Shown here: piece by piece, positions 1 through 10,856 of the stretch | Layout: each line of letters begins with the position of its first letter | How positions within the stretch are numbered: position 1 is the stretch's first letter | NCBI GenBank assembly: GCA_963777605.1 | Contig: CAVZRV010000027.1 | Coordinates: 96,001-160,000 of the forward strand | From: an uncultured Acidobacteriota bacterium | Lineage (GTDB): Bacteria > Acidobacteriota > UBA6911 > RPQK01 > JAPXNP01 | Direction of reading: 5' to 3' | Length of the DNA stretch: 64,000 nucleotides | Position numbers and translations under genes: made by a program | The notes under the pieces: generated by a model | The model's database searches: none | The model's input: only the letters and a program-made list of their open reading frames with translations | Told to the model about the DNA's origin: nothing

Positions 1-264
1 CAGGATTGAAAGAGCTGCGGCACCGCCGATCGCATAGGAACGGGCCACGGACTCCGGTGGGTCCTGGCATCGAAAGGCCCCGTGACTCGGGCTGCTGTAC
101 TTGATTTCCGCAATCACTGCCAACCCCGCAGCCCGAAGCGCGTCCGAGAAGACGGGCGCGGGTTCACCCCCGCAACGATCGAGGAGGCGGCTCAAAGACA
201 GGTCCTCCTTCAAAGCTGCGACCTCTTCTACCTTCACACTTAGAATCTGATCGAGTATCGACAC
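1..264 (-). CDS. trpC: Indole-3-glycerol phosphate synthase, 5' part (runs off window edge)
   Basis: Manual translation from GTG at 264: MSILDQILSVKVEEV...VIAEIKYSSPSHG...YAIGGAAALSIL, which has the TrpC IAE.K..SPS.G and GA.A.S.L motifs; directly downstream of trpF. Confidence 0.93.
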   Translation of the reverse strand, partial: MSILDQILSVKVEEVAALKEDLSLSRLLDRCGGEPAPVFSDALRAAGLAVIAEIKYSSPSHGAFRCQDPPESVARSYAIGGAAALSIL

Positions 265-270
265 GGCTCT

Positions 271-927
271 CTATTCCCCTCCCCGACCTTGCACCGGCTC
301 ATTCCGGTCCAACGCCCGGTACACTTCTTCCAGGAATCGGCTCAAGGCCGCAGGATCCTTGCGTCCGGGAGAGGACTCCACCCCGGAACAAACATCGACC
401 CCTGCCGGGTCGAGGAACCAGATTGCTTCGGCCACGTTTGCCGGAGTCAAGCCACCGGAGAGGATGTACCGGCGACGAACGCTTCGAAGCGCGTCCCAAT
501 CCGCCTGCTTGCCACTTCCCCAGGAACTGTCCACGATCACTTCGCTGTTGGGAAAATCACCAATTTCTCCCGGTTCAACCGCCACCAGAACCCGGCCTGG
601 GAAACGGGGGACCTGTTCAGGTCCGGCAACTCGGTGAACCTGCACCCCCTGAAGAAACCGCCCGAACTCGATCGGGATCTCCGGAAACGGCTCTCCAAGA
701 ACGACAATCCCGAAGTTCAGAATTCCCGGCGGCACCTGTTTGACAATTTGGGCTGCGGCTTCGGGACTCAGATACCGCTTGCTCCTGGGATAAAAGTTGA
801 AACCCAGAGCATTGGCTCCCTGTTCGACCGCCATAAAGGCGTCTTCCACGGTGGTGATGCCGCACACCTTGACCAGAAAGCGGGCGGGATCGATCAGCCT
901 GGATGGAGTCGCACTATCGACGGTCAC
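271..927 (-). CDS. trpF: Phosphoribosylanthranilate isomerase
   Basis: VKVCGIT, GFNFYPRSKR, LSGGLTPANV and GVDVCSGVE motifs; trp operon context. Confidence 0.95.
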   Translation of the reverse strand: MTVDSATPSRLIDPARFLVKVCGITTVEDAFMAVEQGANALGFNFYPRSKRYLSPEAAAQIVKQVPPGILNFGIVVLGEPFPEIPIEFGRFLQGVQVHRVAGPEQVPRFPGRVLVAVEPGEIGDFPNSEVIVDSSWGSGKQADWDALRSVRRRYILSGGLTPANVAEAIWFLDPAGVDVCSGVESSPGRKDPAALSRFLEEVYRALDRNEPVQGRGGE

Positions 928-938
928 GAGATTCCCTT

Positions 939-1931
939 TCAGCTCGAATAAAACTCCACCAACTGATCCAGCTTCCTGCGAGCTGCTCCTCCAAGGAGCG
1001 AATCCTCGACCATCTCGGTGCAGCGCGACAAGGCGAAGCCGGTAGACACGTGAACGGTAACGGCCGCGTTAAGGATCACGACTTCACGAGCGGGCCCCGT
1101 GACCGAACCGTTGAGCAAGCCTCGAATCAGGAGAGCGTTCTCGGCGGGAGTCCCTCCCTCGGGTACCGCCAACCGTGCCAGGACCGGGCTGAACTCAAAA
1201 CTGGCGCACGACTCGTCTTCCACCCGGCAAACCAAAGACGGCGCCGAAATCGAGAGCTCGTCCAACCCGTCCAGCCCGTGCACCACCCAGGCTCTCCGAC
1301 ATCCCAACTTGAGCAGTGCCCCGGCCAGTTTTCGAGTCAATTCGGGGGCGTAGACTCCAACGACCTGGTAAGGCGCCGAAGCCGGGTTGGTCAACGGCCC
1401 CAGCATGTTGAAGATGGTCTTGCGACCAAGCTCCCGTCGAATGCGGGCTACCCGCTTCATTGCCGGGTGATAGACCGGGGCGAACAGGAAACAGATACCC
1501 AACTCCTCCAGGGCTCCCTCCGAAACCGAAACCGGGCAATCAATCTTCACCCCGAGTTCCTGGAGGACATCGGCACTGCCCGAGCGGGACGTGATCGCAC
1601 GGTTGCCGTGCTTTGCAACAGCAACACCCGCTCCCGCCGCAACCAGGGCCGCCGCGGTCGAAATATTGAACGAGGGCCTCCCGCCGCCCGTCCCAGCCGT
1701 GTCTACAACCGCCTCTCGGCTGGTTCGGACCCGCACGGCCAGTTCCCTCATCACTCGGGCAAATCCGGTAATCTCGGCATCGCACTCCCCTTTGTCACCC
1801 AGCGCTACAAGGAATGAAGCAATCACTTCGTCCTTTGTATCCAGACAGAGAATCGCCCGGAGAGCGGCCTCGGCCTGGTCTTCGTCCAAGTCAACCCTGT
1901 CGAGGACCTGGCGTGTCAGTTCGTCAAGCAT
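939..1931 (-). CDS. trpD: Anthranilate phosphoribosyltransferase
   Basis: [24 protein letters not shown] and GLDE motifs. Confidence 0.97.
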   Translation of the reverse strand: MLDELTRQVLDRVDLDEDQAEAALRAILCLDTKDEVIASFLVALGDKGECDAEITGFARVMRELAVRVRTSREAVVDTAGTGGGRPSFNISTAAALVAAGAGVAVAKHGNRAITSRSGSADVLQELGVKIDCPVSVSEGALEELGICFLFAPVYHPAMKRVARIRRELGRKTIFNMLGPLTNPASAPYQVVGVYAPELTRKLAGALLKLGCRRAWVVHGLDGLDELSISAPSLVCRVEDESCASFEFSPVLARLAVPEGGTPAENALLIRGLLNGSVTGPAREVVILNAAVTVHVSTGFALSRCTEMVEDSLLGGAARRKLDQLVEFYSS

Positions 1932-2500
1932 AGAAAGTTCCCCAGAAGCTTCTTTCCTTCGGGAGTCATAATCGACTCGGGGTGGAACTGGACACCGTAA
2001 ACAGCGAACTGTCGGTGCCGGAGCCCCATGATCGTCCCGTCATCAGTCCAGGCAGTAACCTCCAGGCAGTCAGGAAGCGTCTCCCGCTCCACGACCAGCG
2101 AGTGATACCGGGTCGCTTCAAACGGATTGTCAAGGCCGGCCAGGATTCCCGATCCTTCATGTCGGATCCACGACGTTTTTCCGTGCATGAGGTGATCCGC
2201 CCGGCGGACAACCCCTCCGAATGCCTCGCCGATGGCCTGGTGTCCCAGGCAGACCCCCAAAATGGGCACATTATCCGCAAATCGACGAATGATCTCAATC
2301 GAAAGACCGGCATCGGACGGAGTCCCCGGCCCGGGCGAGATGACGATTCGATCCGGCGCCACTTCCGGGATTCTCCCGAGTTCGAGCTCGTCGTTGCGGT
2401 ACACCGCCACCCCCGCCCCGAGTTCACCGAGATACTGGCACAGGTTGTAGGTGAAACTATCGTAGTTGTCGATGACAAGCACGCTGGGTTGTTTATTCAT
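1916..2500 (-). CDS. trpG: Anthranilate synthase component II (glutamine amidotransferase)
   Basis: [28 protein letters not shown] and QFHPES motifs; start placed at ATG 2500 because the upstream ORF extension is translated heptamer repeat. Confidence 0.95.
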   Translation of the reverse strand: MNKQPSVLVIDNYDSFTYNLCQYLGELGAGVAVYRNDELELGRIPEVAPDRIVISPGPGTPSDAGLSIEIIRRFADNVPILGVCLGHQAIGEAFGGVVRRADHLMHGKTSWIRHEGSGILAGLDNPFEATRYHSLVVERETLPDCLEVTAWTDDGTIMGLRHRQFAVYGVQFHPESIMTPEGKKLLGNFLCLTN

Positions 2501-2509
2501 GGGCTTTGA

Positions 2510-2602
2510 GGTTCCTGGTTCCTGGTTCCTGGAACTAATTCTCGATCCCCGCTTCTCGCTTCCCGATTCAGTTGGCTTCGCATTTCGCACTTTGCACTTT
2601 GC
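2510..2602. repeat. Heptamer tandem repeats filling the trpE-trpG spacer
   Basis: (GGTTCCT)x3 at 2510-2530; TTCTCGA/TCCCCGC/TTCTCGC/TTCCCGA at ~2539-2566; TTCGCAT/TTCGCAC/TTTGCAC/TTTGC at 2577-2602. Confidence 0.8.
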
Positions 2603-3980
2603 TAAAGTTTCTCCGCCAGAAGAACGGCCTGGACCAAGGCCTTTGCCTTGTTATGGCACTCCATGTCTTCCCGCTCCGGGATGGAATCGGCAACAATGCC
2701 GGCACCGGCCTGAAACAGCGCTTTTCCTTCCCGCAACTCAACCGTCCGTATCGCGATACAAGTGTCCAGGTTCCCGGAGTAATCGAGGTACCCGATCGCT
2801 CCCGCATAGACCCCGCGATGCCTGGGTTCCAGTTCCTCGATGATCTCCATCGCACGGATCTTCGGTGCGCCGGAGACCGTTCCGGCAGGAAAGCAGGCCG
2901 CCAGGGCATCGAATCGATCCAGTCCTTCGCGCAGCCGCCCCTTGAGCGAACTCACGAGGTGCATGACATGGGAGTAACGCTCGACGAACATGAAGCGTTC
3001 GACCCGGACGTCACCATAGTTACTGACCCGTCCCAGGTCGTTGCGACCCAGGTCGACAAGCATGAGGTGCTCGGCTTTTTCCTTTTCGTCGGCCAGCAGC
3101 TCCCGCTCCAGCCGATCGTCCGAGTCCTGGTCCAAGCCTCGCCCCCGGGTGCCGGCAATCGGACGGTACTCCAGTTCCCGGCCCTCAACCCGCAACAACA
3201 TCTCCGGCGATGCACCGGCGATGCAACTCCCTGCCCGCTTGATGAAGAACATGTAAGGAGACGGGTTAATGTATCGAAGCGCCCGGTAGACGCTGAATGG
3301 ATCTCCCGAATAGTCCATTTCAAAGGAATTTGCCAGCACGACCTGGAAGATGTCTCCCGCCCGGATGTGCTCCTTGGCTCTCTCGACAGCATCACAAAAC
3401 GTCGGGGGCGCCAGTGCGGAGAGAACTCGGCCGGGAGGCATCGCGAGCCCAAACGCGTTAGAAGCGGCATCCGGGCCCGTCGGGGGGGGGCCCAATGATT
3501 CTCGGTACCGTGACGGATGTATTCCTGGACCGAGACCTGGTTGAGCCGCGTCTCGATCTCGTTGACCTTGTCCATCCCCTCGTGCGACATGATCACGATT
3601 TGGTGCTTGATGTGGTCGAATGCGAGGACAGTGGAGTAAAAATCCATCTGAACCGACGGATCGAGAACGTCCCCAGGGTGAAGGTTCGGCAACCGTTCCA
3701 GCTCACGGATCATGTTGTACGAGAAGCACCCGACCGCGCCTCCGGCGAAAGGGGGGAGTCCGGGGTGGGCCGGCTGGATCTCGGGGAAGGACTTTCGAAA
3801 ATCGGCCAGCGTGCCGGAGAACCCTTGCATCGGGTCCACTCCGATGAAGGAGTAGCGGGCGATCCGCTCACCACCTTCGACCGACTCCAGGAGGAATGCG
3901 CTCGAACTCTCCCCGGCAACTCGAAGGTACGCGGAGACCGGGGTCAACATATCTGCGAGAACCGTTTTGTGATTAATCAT
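2602..3980 (-). CDS. trpE: Anthranilate synthase component I, split by one frameshift (probably a sequence error)
   Basis: N-half (frame of 3980) has TPVS, FLLES and RYSFIG; C-half has [30 protein letters not shown] and [11 protein letters not shown]; frames switch around the G9 run at 3482-3490. Confidence 0.92.
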
Positions 3981-4083
3981 TTCGTCCCAATTGCCTCAGA
4001 TCGCTGTTCGCTTCGTCTCACGAGTACGCCCCCGGAATTGATCAATCACACTGCCTATTCGTCCACCCGATTGCATACCTCAC

Positions 4084-4130
4084 AAAAAGAAAAAGGCCGT
4101 GAAGAACTGTTATCTTCACGGCCCCTTTTT
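4084..4130 (-). terminator. Intrinsic terminator of the trp attenuator
   Basis: Minus strand GGCCGTGAAGA-TAACAGT-TCTTCACGGCC followed by TTTTTCTTTTT; lies between the leader ORF and trpE. Confidence 0.9.
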
Positions 4131-4186
4131 CGATTGACTTTCTCTACTTCAGGTTACATAAGATCGACAGTCCTCAGGCGAGGATG

Positions 4187-4228
4187 TCAGCTGCACCACC
4201 AACGCCAGAGAAAGTTGTCTAATCTCAT
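4187..4228 (-). CDS. trpL: trp operon leader peptide MRLDNFLWRWWCS
   Basis: ATG AGA TTA GAC AAC TTT CTC TGG CGT TGG TGG TGC AGC TGA; three Trp codons in four positions, upstream of a terminator and trpE. Confidence 0.9.
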   Translation of the reverse strand: MRLDNFLWRWWCS

Positions 4229-4245
4229 GATCTTCCCGAATTCGG

Positions 4246-4254
4246 AGTGTAGCA
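4246..4254 (-). promoter_or_regulatory. Putative extended -10 promoter of the trp leader
   Basis: Minus strand TG-C-TACACT, 17 nt upstream of the leader ATG. Confidence 0.5.
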
Positions 4255-4296
4255 CAGTTATTCTGACAGAGGCAATCGACAATCCGATCGACGGTC

Positions 4297-5619
4297 CTAT
4301 CCCTGGCTCATCGAGCCGAGAAACTCCTCGTTGCTGCGCGTCTTGGCCAGCTTGTCGAGGAGCAGTTCCATCGACTCGGTCACCGACAGAGGATTCAGCA
4401 CCTTGCGCAGGACCCAGACCCTATTGAGGGTCGCTTCGTCGAGAAGGAGCTCTTCCTTTCGCGTGCCGGAACGATTGATGTCGATGGCGGGGAAAATGCG
4501 CTTGTCAACCAGTCTCCGGTCGAGAACGAGTTCCATGTTGCCCGTGCCCTTGAACTCTTCGAAGATGACATCGTCCATCCGGCTCCCGGTATCAATGAGG
4601 GCCGTCGCCATGATCGTCAGGCTGCCCCCTTCCTCCAGGTTTCGGGCCGCGCCGAAGAAACGCTTCGGGCGCTGCAGGGCATTGGAATCGACACCGCCCG
4701 AAAGCACCTTACCGGAGGGTGGGACGACCGTGTTGTAGGCTCGTGCCAGGCGAGTTATAGAATCAAGCAGGATCACCACGTCCTTCTTGTGCTCGACCAG
4801 GCGCTTGGCTTTCTCCAGTACCATCTCGGCCACCTGGACGTGACGAGAGGCAGGTTCGTCAAATGTGGAGCTGACGACTTCACCGTTAACCGACCGGAGC
4901 ATGTCGGTGACTTCTTCAGGCCGCTCGTCGATAAGGAGAACGATCAGAACGATTTCCGGGTGGTTGTGTTCGATGGAATGGGCAATGCTCTGGAGAATCA
5001 TCGTCTTGCCGGCCCGGGGCGGAGAAACGATCAGTCCGCGCTGTCCCTTTCCGATCGGGTTCATCAGATCCATTACTCGACCGGTCAGGTTCTCCCCCTC
5101 GGTTTCGAGCTTGATCCGCTCTTCGGGATAAAGAGGAGTCAAATTCTCGAAAAAGGTCCGGTCGCGGGCCACTTCCGGGTGTTCAAAATTGATCGCTTCC
5201 ACCTTGATCAAGGCGAAATACCGCTCTCCATCCTTGGGAGGACGAACCTGGCCCGAGACAGTGTCACCGGTTCGAAGGTCGAACTTCCGGATCTGGGATG
5301 GAGAAACGTAAATATCGTCGGGACCGGGGAGGTAGTTGTACTCAGGGGCCCGCAGGAACCCAAAGCCATCGGGCAGAGTCTCGAGCACCCCCTCGGAGAA
5401 GATAAGGCCGCTCCGCTCGGTCTGCGCCTTCAGGATCTGGAATATCAGTTCCTGTTTCCGCATTCCGGCGGCACCCTCGATTTCAAGACCCCTCGACACC
5501 TTGTTGAGGTTCTGGATGCTCATCTCCTTGAGTTCCTGGATGTTCAGAGCATCTCCGTTGTCTTTCGAATTCTTCTTCTTTGATTTGACTTCGTTCTTTG
5601 GTTCCGTTGCTTCAGCCAT
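4297..5619 (-). CDS. rho: Transcription termination factor Rho
   Basis: [49 protein letters not shown] and [10 protein letters not shown] motifs; ATG 5619 has an upstream GAGG. Confidence 0.98.
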   Translation of the reverse strand: MAEATEPKNEVKSKKKNSKDNGDALNIQELKEMSIQNLNKVSRGLEIEGAAGMRKQELIFQILKAQTERSGLIFSEGVLETLPDGFGFLRAPEYNYLPGPDDIYVSPSQIRKFDLRTGDTVSGQVRPPKDGERYFALIKVEAINFEHPEVARDRTFFENLTPLYPEERIKLETEGENLTGRVMDLMNPIGKGQRGLIVSPPRAGKTMILQSIAHSIEHNHPEIVLIVLLIDERPEEVTDMLRSVNGEVVSSTFDEPASRHVQVAEMVLEKAKRLVEHKKDVVILLDSITRLARAYNTVVPPSGKVLSGGVDSNALQRPKRFFGAARNLEEGGSLTIMATALIDTGSRMDDVIFEEFKGTGNMELVLDRRLVDKRIFPAIDINRSGTRKEELLLDEATLNRVWVLRKVLNPLSVTESMELLLDKLAKTRSNEEFLGSMSQG

Positions 5620-5678
5620 AAATCCACCTCGAGCAAGGTACGGGCCCGGCCTCGATCGCCGCAGGTCCGCGTCAACTT

Positions 5679-6260
5679 TCACTCCGTTTGTTCAATCACG
5701 CGCCAAAGGTCCTGCTTGCCGTCCCCATCCGTCGACGAGAACGGAAGCACCGATTCCACAGAGAGACACTTGGATATCGAACGGATGGCCGGTTCGCGGC
5801 GACCTCTCGACAGCTTGTCGATCTTGGTTGCGGCCACCACAAAGGGCACGTCCACTCCCCTCAGGTATTCCACCATCTTCTGGTCCAGAACCGTCGGCTC
5901 ATGGCGAGCATCGACGATGATCACCGCCAATCTCAAACCGGTAGAATGCTCGAAGAACTCTTCGATCATCGGTCCCCATTTCGAACGAATTCGCTGAGGA
6001 ACCTTGGCGAAACCATAACCGGGGAGATCAACGAACACCCATTTTTCTTCAACCGAAAAGAAGTTGATCAGCTGGGTTCGACCTGGCGTAGAACTCGTCC
6101 GGGCCAAGCCCTTCTTCCCAACCAGCCGGTTGATTAAGCTCGACTTGCCGACATTGGAACGCCCGGCAAAGGCGATGACAGGCAACGTCATTGCCGGGTA
6201 TTCTTCTTTTCGGGTAGCACTCTTAATGAAGCGGGCGACTCGCAAGACGTCCGTTTCCAA
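5679..6260 (-). CDS. engB: Ribosome biogenesis GTP-binding protein YihA/YsxC
   Basis: [24 protein letters not shown] and TKIDK motifs; conserved position after lon. Confidence 0.95.
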   Translation of the reverse strand: METDVLRVARFIKSATRKEEYPAMTLPVIAFAGRSNVGKSSLINRLVGKKGLARTSSTPGRTQLINFFSVEEKWVFVDLPGYGFAKVPQRIRSKWGPMIEEFFEHSTGLRLAVIIVDARHEPTVLDQKMVEYLRGVDVPFVVAATKIDKLSRGRREPAIRSISKCLSVESVLPFSSTDGDGKQDLWRVIEQTE

Positions 6261-6293
6261 GAGTCGCGGAAAGTGACAACACCTTACCGAGAC

Positions 6294-8747
6294 TCAATGA
6301 ACACCGGGCCGGTTGCCCTCATCCGAGGGGATTACGTCCGGTGGCTGTGTCTCCTGGAAATCCTCGGAATCTGCCGGTGGGTTCTTGTGCTTGGAACCCG
6401 ACCTGATCGGTCGCTCCAGAGCAAGTTCCAGGACTTCCTCCATCGTTTCGACCAGGGCTATCTTCAAATTGGACAACACGGGCTCGGGGATGTCCCTCAG
6501 GTCCTTCTCATTGTCTTTCGGCAATATGACGGTCTTGATACCGGCCCGGTGGGCAGCCAGAATCTTCTCCTTGACACCACCGATCGGCAGCACTTTACCA
6601 CGCAAGGTGATCTCACCCGTCATTGCCACGTCCCGACGAACCGGAATTCCGGAAAGCGCCGACACGATCGTTGTGGCCAATGTGATACCCGCTGACGGAC
6701 CATCCTTCGGGATCGCCCCCTCCGGGACGTGCACGTGCATGTCCTTCAGCTTGTAAAACTCCTTCTTCAGTCCAAACTCATCACTGCGCGACCGCACGAA
6801 CGAAAGAGCGGCACGGGCCGACTCTTGCATCACGTCACCCAGTTTTCCGGTCAACTGAAGATCTCCCTTGCCGTCCATCGTGGTCGCCTCAGTCAACAGA
6901 ACTTCACCGCCGACCTCCGTCCAGGCCAGACCGGTCGCCAATCCAACTTCGCTCGACTCTGACGCCAACTGCTGGCGGTAGCGCTTGACGCCGAGAAGAT
7001 CGTTGATCGTGGCCGGTTCGACAACATATTTCTCGGCTCCCAGTTCCCGGCTGACTACCTTCCGGGCAACCTTTCTCATCACGTTGCCGATCTCCCGCTC
7101 CAGGTTCCGGACTCCCGACTCGCGGGTGTAGTGCCGGATCAACTCCAGAATCGCATCGTCGGTCACCTCAACCTGCTTGGAGGAAAGGCCTTTCAGTTCC
7201 AACTGCTTGGGCGAGAGGAACTGCTTGGCAATGTGCAACTTCTCGATCTCCGTGTATCCGGAAATCTCAATGACCTCCATTCGATCGCGAAGCGGCGCCG
7301 GAATCGTGTAGAGCACGTTGGCGGTGCAGATGAAAAGCACCTCGGACAAGTTGAACTCAGTATCGAGGTAATGATCCACGAACGACTGGTTGTGCTCCGG
7401 ATCGAGCACCTCCATCAGGGCCGCCGACGGATCGCCCCGGAAATCGGTGCTCATCTTGTCAATTTCATCGAGCAAGAACACCGGGTTGCGGGCTCCTGCT
7501 TTGCGCATCATCTGAATGATCTGTCCGGGAAGCGCCCCGATGTAGGTCCGGCGGTGCCCCCGAATCTCAGCCTCATCCCGAACTCCACCCAGGGACTGGC
7601 GGACGAACTTGCGTCCCGTAGCCCGGGCAATCGAACGCCCGAGTGAAGTCTTGCCGACTCCGGGCGGCCCCACGAAGCAAAGGATGGAACCCTGGGACGA
7701 CTTCTTCTTGACCTTTCCGAGCAATTGCCGAACAGCCAGAAACTCCAGGATGCGATCCTTCACCTTTTCCAGGCCGTAATGGTCTTCATTGAGAATCACT
7801 TCGGCTCGATTGATATCCCTGAGTTCACGGCTCCGCTTGTTCCACGGCATGGAAATCAACCAGTCGAGGTAAGTGCGGGAAACCGTTGTCTCGGCGCTCA
7901 TCGGAGGCATCTGCTCGAGGCGCTTGATCTCGCCCATCGCCTTTTCGTGGGCGTCCTTGGACATCTTGGCAGCCTCGACCCTTTCCTTCAGTTCCTCGAT
8001 CTCGCTCTTCTCATCGCGACCGAGTTCCTTCTGGATGGCCCGAATCTTCTCATTCAGGTAGTACTCCCGCTGCGCCTTCTCCATCCCCCGCCGGACCCGT
8101 CCCTGAATAGACTTGTCCATCTGGATCTTTTCGATCTCGATCTCGATGAAGTGGATGATCTGGTCCATCCGCTCGGAGGGATCGCCGATCTCAAGCAGGG
8201 TCTGCTTGTCCTCGACCGAGATCGGCAGGTTCGCGGCAATAGTGTCGGCGAGGCGCTCCGTCTCGGTGTTTTTGATCGCCTGGAGAATGGCCTCGTGATT
8301 GATGTTCGGGTTGAGCTTGGCAAACTCTTCGAACTGGAGGGTCAAGCGCTTGGTCAGCAGGCTCATCTTGGCCTGGGAAACTTTCGGGGTGGGGTCGAAT
8401 TCAACCACCGCCTCAAGGCACCCTTCCTCTTCGCGAATTTCGAGGGTTCGGGCACGGCGAATCCCTTCCACCAGCACCCGGATGTTGCCGTCCGGGAGCT
8501 TCAGGCTCTGGGCGATGGTCGCCACCGTTCCCACCTCATAAATGTCGGAAGACTTCGGATTGTCCTGGGAAGCGTCCTTCTGGGTAGCGAGATAGATCTT
8601 TTTGTCCCCCATCAATGCCTTCTCGAGGGCACGGACCGATGAGAGACGACCAATCACGAACGGGACCATCATGTATGGAAACACCACCACGTCCCGAATG
8701 GGAACCATGGGGTAAACATTTCTTTCGTCTTGGCGGATATCTGTCAT
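6294..8747 (-). CDS. lon: ATP-dependent protease La
   Basis: LON N-domain, GPPGVGKTS Walker A, LLDEIDK, KDGPSAG catalytic Ser, PIGGVKEK. Confidence 0.98.
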   Translation of the reverse strand: MTDIRQDERNVYPMVPIRDVVVFPYMMVPFVIGRLSSVRALEKALMGDKKIYLATQKDASQDNPKSSDIYEVGTVATIAQSLKLPDGNIRVLVEGIRRARTLEIREEEGCLEAVVEFDPTPKVSQAKMSLLTKRLTLQFEEFAKLNPNINHEAILQAIKNTETERLADTIAANLPISVEDKQTLLEIGDPSERMDQIIHFIEIEIEKIQMDKSIQGRVRRGMEKAQREYYLNEKIRAIQKELGRDEKSEIEELKERVEAAKMSKDAHEKAMGEIKRLEQMPPMSAETTVSRTYLDWLISMPWNKRSRELRDINRAEVILNEDHYGLEKVKDRILEFLAVRQLLGKVKKKSSQGSILCFVGPPGVGKTSLGRSIARATGRKFVRQSLGGVRDEAEIRGHRRTYIGALPGQIIQMMRKAGARNPVFLLDEIDKMSTDFRGDPSAALMEVLDPEHNQSFVDHYLDTEFNLSEVLFICTANVLYTIPAPLRDRMEVIEISGYTEIEKLHIAKQFLSPKQLELKGLSSKQVEVTDDAILELIRHYTRESGVRNLEREIGNVMRKVARKVVSRELGAEKYVVEPATINDLLGVKRYRQQLASESSEVGLATGLAWTEVGGEVLLTEATTMDGKGDLQLTGKLGDVMQESARAALSFVRSRSDEFGLKKEFYKLKDMHVHVPEGAIPKDGPSAGITLATTIVSALSGIPVRRDVAMTGEITLRGKVLPIGGVKEKILAAHRAGIKTVILPKDNEKDLRDIPEPVLSNLKIALVETMEEVLELALERPIRSGSKHKNPPADSEDFQETQPPDVIPSDEGNRPGVH

Positions 8748-8902
8748 ATCTTTATCAATCGTGGGATTAGGTTTCGCCCCTTAGGATGCATTCGCACGTT
8801 CAAGTGTTTCAGCGCTTGTGCCCTTGGCCTGTCTGACTTGGAATTTCAGGAGTGACTGCCGGGAGACCGACCGGATCCAATCCGAGGGTCCCAGGACAGG
8901 GC

Positions 8903-10144
8903 CTATCCGGCCTTCTCGAGCAACTTGAAGACGACGTCCTTATTTTCCACCATCTCCCGCGAGACGACAAATTCCTTCACCTTGGTGGTCGAGGGCAATT
9001 CGTACATCAAGTCCAACATAAGATCTTCCATGATCATGCGCAAGCCGCGAGCTCCGATTTTCCGCTCGATGGCCAATTCCGCCATGGCACGCAAAGCGTC
9101 ATCCGTGAACTTGAGTGCCACGTTCTCAAACTCAAACATCCTCTGGTACTGCTTCACCAGGGAATTCTTCGGCCTGGTAAGGATCTGAACGAGTGCATCC
9201 ACATCGAGCTCGTGGAGTGCGCTCATGATAGGCAACCGACCCACAAATTCGGGAATGAGTCCGTACTTGATCAAGTCCTCCGGCAAGACATGCGCCAAGG
9301 TCTCTGATTCTCCGAGGTTCTTCCAGAAATTCTCGGAAAGATTGGTACCAAACCCGATTCCGTTGCGCCCGAGGCGGCGCTTGATGATCTTGTCCAGCCC
9401 CACGAAAGCCCCGCCACAGACGAACAGAATGTTGGTCGTGTCGATCTGGACAAATTCCTGATGGGGGTGCTTGCGTCCACCCTGCGGCGGAACGTTCGCT
9501 ACCGTCCCCTCGAGAATCTTCAGGAGTGCCTGCTGAACACCTTCCCCCGAGACATCCCGGGTGATCGACGGGTTCTCATCTTTACGGGAGATCTTGTCTA
9601 TCTCGTCGATATAGATGATGCCCTGCATGCAACGTTCCCGGTCGCCACCGGCAGCCTGCAACAGCTTGAGAATGATGTTCTCGACATCTTCCCCGACATA
9701 CCCGGCCTCGGTCAGCGTCGTGGCGTCAACAATTGCGAAGGGCACCGACAACATCCTGGCGAGCGTCTGAGCCAGCAGAGTCTTCCCCGTGCCGGTCGGT
9801 CCAATCAGGAGAACGTTACTCTTGGAGAGCTCAACGTCCTGATGACGCCGCTTCCCCATCTTGATTCGTTTGTAGTGGTTGTAGACCGCGACGGAAAGCT
9901 TCTTCTTGGCAAGTTCCTGCCCGATTACAAAGTCGTCCAGAAAACCCTTGATTTCGGCTGGCTTAGGCAGCGTCTCCCGCATCGAGGAGGCTTCTGCGGA
10001 AAAATCGTCGGTGATGATTTCATTACAGACATCGACGCACTCGTCACAGATAAAGACGGTGGGACCCGCAATCAACTTCTTCACATCGTTCTGGCTCTTG
10101 TTACAGAAAGAGCACCTGAGAACGTCTTCACCATCCTTCTTCAA
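8903..10144 (-). CDS. clpX: ATP-dependent Clp protease ATP-binding subunit ClpX
   Basis: CSFC...CDEC zinc finger, [26 protein letters not shown] loop. Confidence 0.98.
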   Translation of the reverse strand: MKKDGEDVLRCSFCNKSQNDVKKLIAGPTVFICDECVDVCNEIITDDFSAEASSMRETLPKPAEIKGFLDDFVIGQELAKKKLSVAVYNHYKRIKMGKRRHQDVELSKSNVLLIGPTGTGKTLLAQTLARMLSVPFAIVDATTLTEAGYVGEDVENIILKLLQAAGGDRERCMQGIIYIDEIDKISRKDENPSITRDVSGEGVQQALLKILEGTVANVPPQGGRKHPHQEFVQIDTTNILFVCGGAFVGLDKIIKRRLGRNGIGFGTNLSENFWKNLGESETLAHVLPEDLIKYGLIPEFVGRLPIMSALHELDVDALVQILTRPKNSLVKQYQRMFEFENVALKFTDDALRAMAELAIERKIGARGLRMIMEDLMLDLMYELPSTTKVKEFVVSREMVENKDVVFKLLEKAG

Positions 10145-10223
10145 CTGAACCCCCTGAAGGCTTTATGATCGCGAATATTATCCCCGCCCCTGGTGACAAG
10201 CGCCCCTGGCACCGGAGCGTCGA

Positions 10224-10811
10224 CTACGTGTGCTTTTCGATGATCTTATCGATAATACCATACTCCAGTGCCTGCTCACCGCCCATAATGTAGTCCCGCT
10301 CGACGTCCTGGCTGATCCGAGAAATGTCCTGTCCGGTGTGCCTGGCAAGGATTTCGTTGGTAATTTCTCTGAGTCTGAGAATCTCCCGTGCGTGGATATC
10401 GATGTCGGTGGCCTGGCCCGACAAACCGGTCATGGCCGGCTGATGAATCAGAATCCGGCTGTGCGGCAGGGCAAAGCGCTTGGAGGCCTCTCCCGCGGCC
10501 AGGAGCAGCGCCCCCATAGAGGCGGCCTGCCCAATGCAGATCGTGTTGACATCGTTCTTCACGAACTGCATCGTGTCGTAGATTGCCAGTCCCGCGGTGA
10601 TCGATCCACCCGGAGAATTGATGTAGAGGTAGATATCCCGGTCGGGATCTTCCGCTTCCAGGAACAGCAACTGGGCAGTCACCAGGTTGGCGATGTTGTC
10701 GTCAATCGGGGTCCCCACGAAGATGATGTTGTCTTTGAGCAGGCGAGAGTAGATATCGTAGGCGCGCTCGCCCCGGTTCGTTTGCTCCACCACCATTGGA
10801 ATCAAGGCCAT
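10224..10811 (-). CDS. clpP: ATP-dependent Clp protease proteolytic subunit
   Basis: [31 protein letters not shown] and IHQP motifs. Confidence 0.98.
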   Translation of the reverse strand: MALIPMVVEQTNRGERAYDIYSRLLKDNIIFVGTPIDDNIANLVTAQLLFLEAEDPDRDIYLYINSPGGSITAGLAIYDTMQFVKNDVNTICIGQAASMGALLLAAGEASKRFALPHSRILIHQPAMTGLSGQATDIDIHAREILRLREITNEILARHTGQDISRISQDVERDYIMGGEQALEYGIIDKIIEKHT

Positions 10812-10856
10812 CGGTTCTATCCTTGTGGGCGGCAACGAGTGAAGTGCCGCATTTGT

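Noticed and set aside
2501-2590. N-terminal extension of TrpG in the ORF track
   Set aside because: It is translated heptamer repeat (RNQEPGT); the family-typical start is at 2500.
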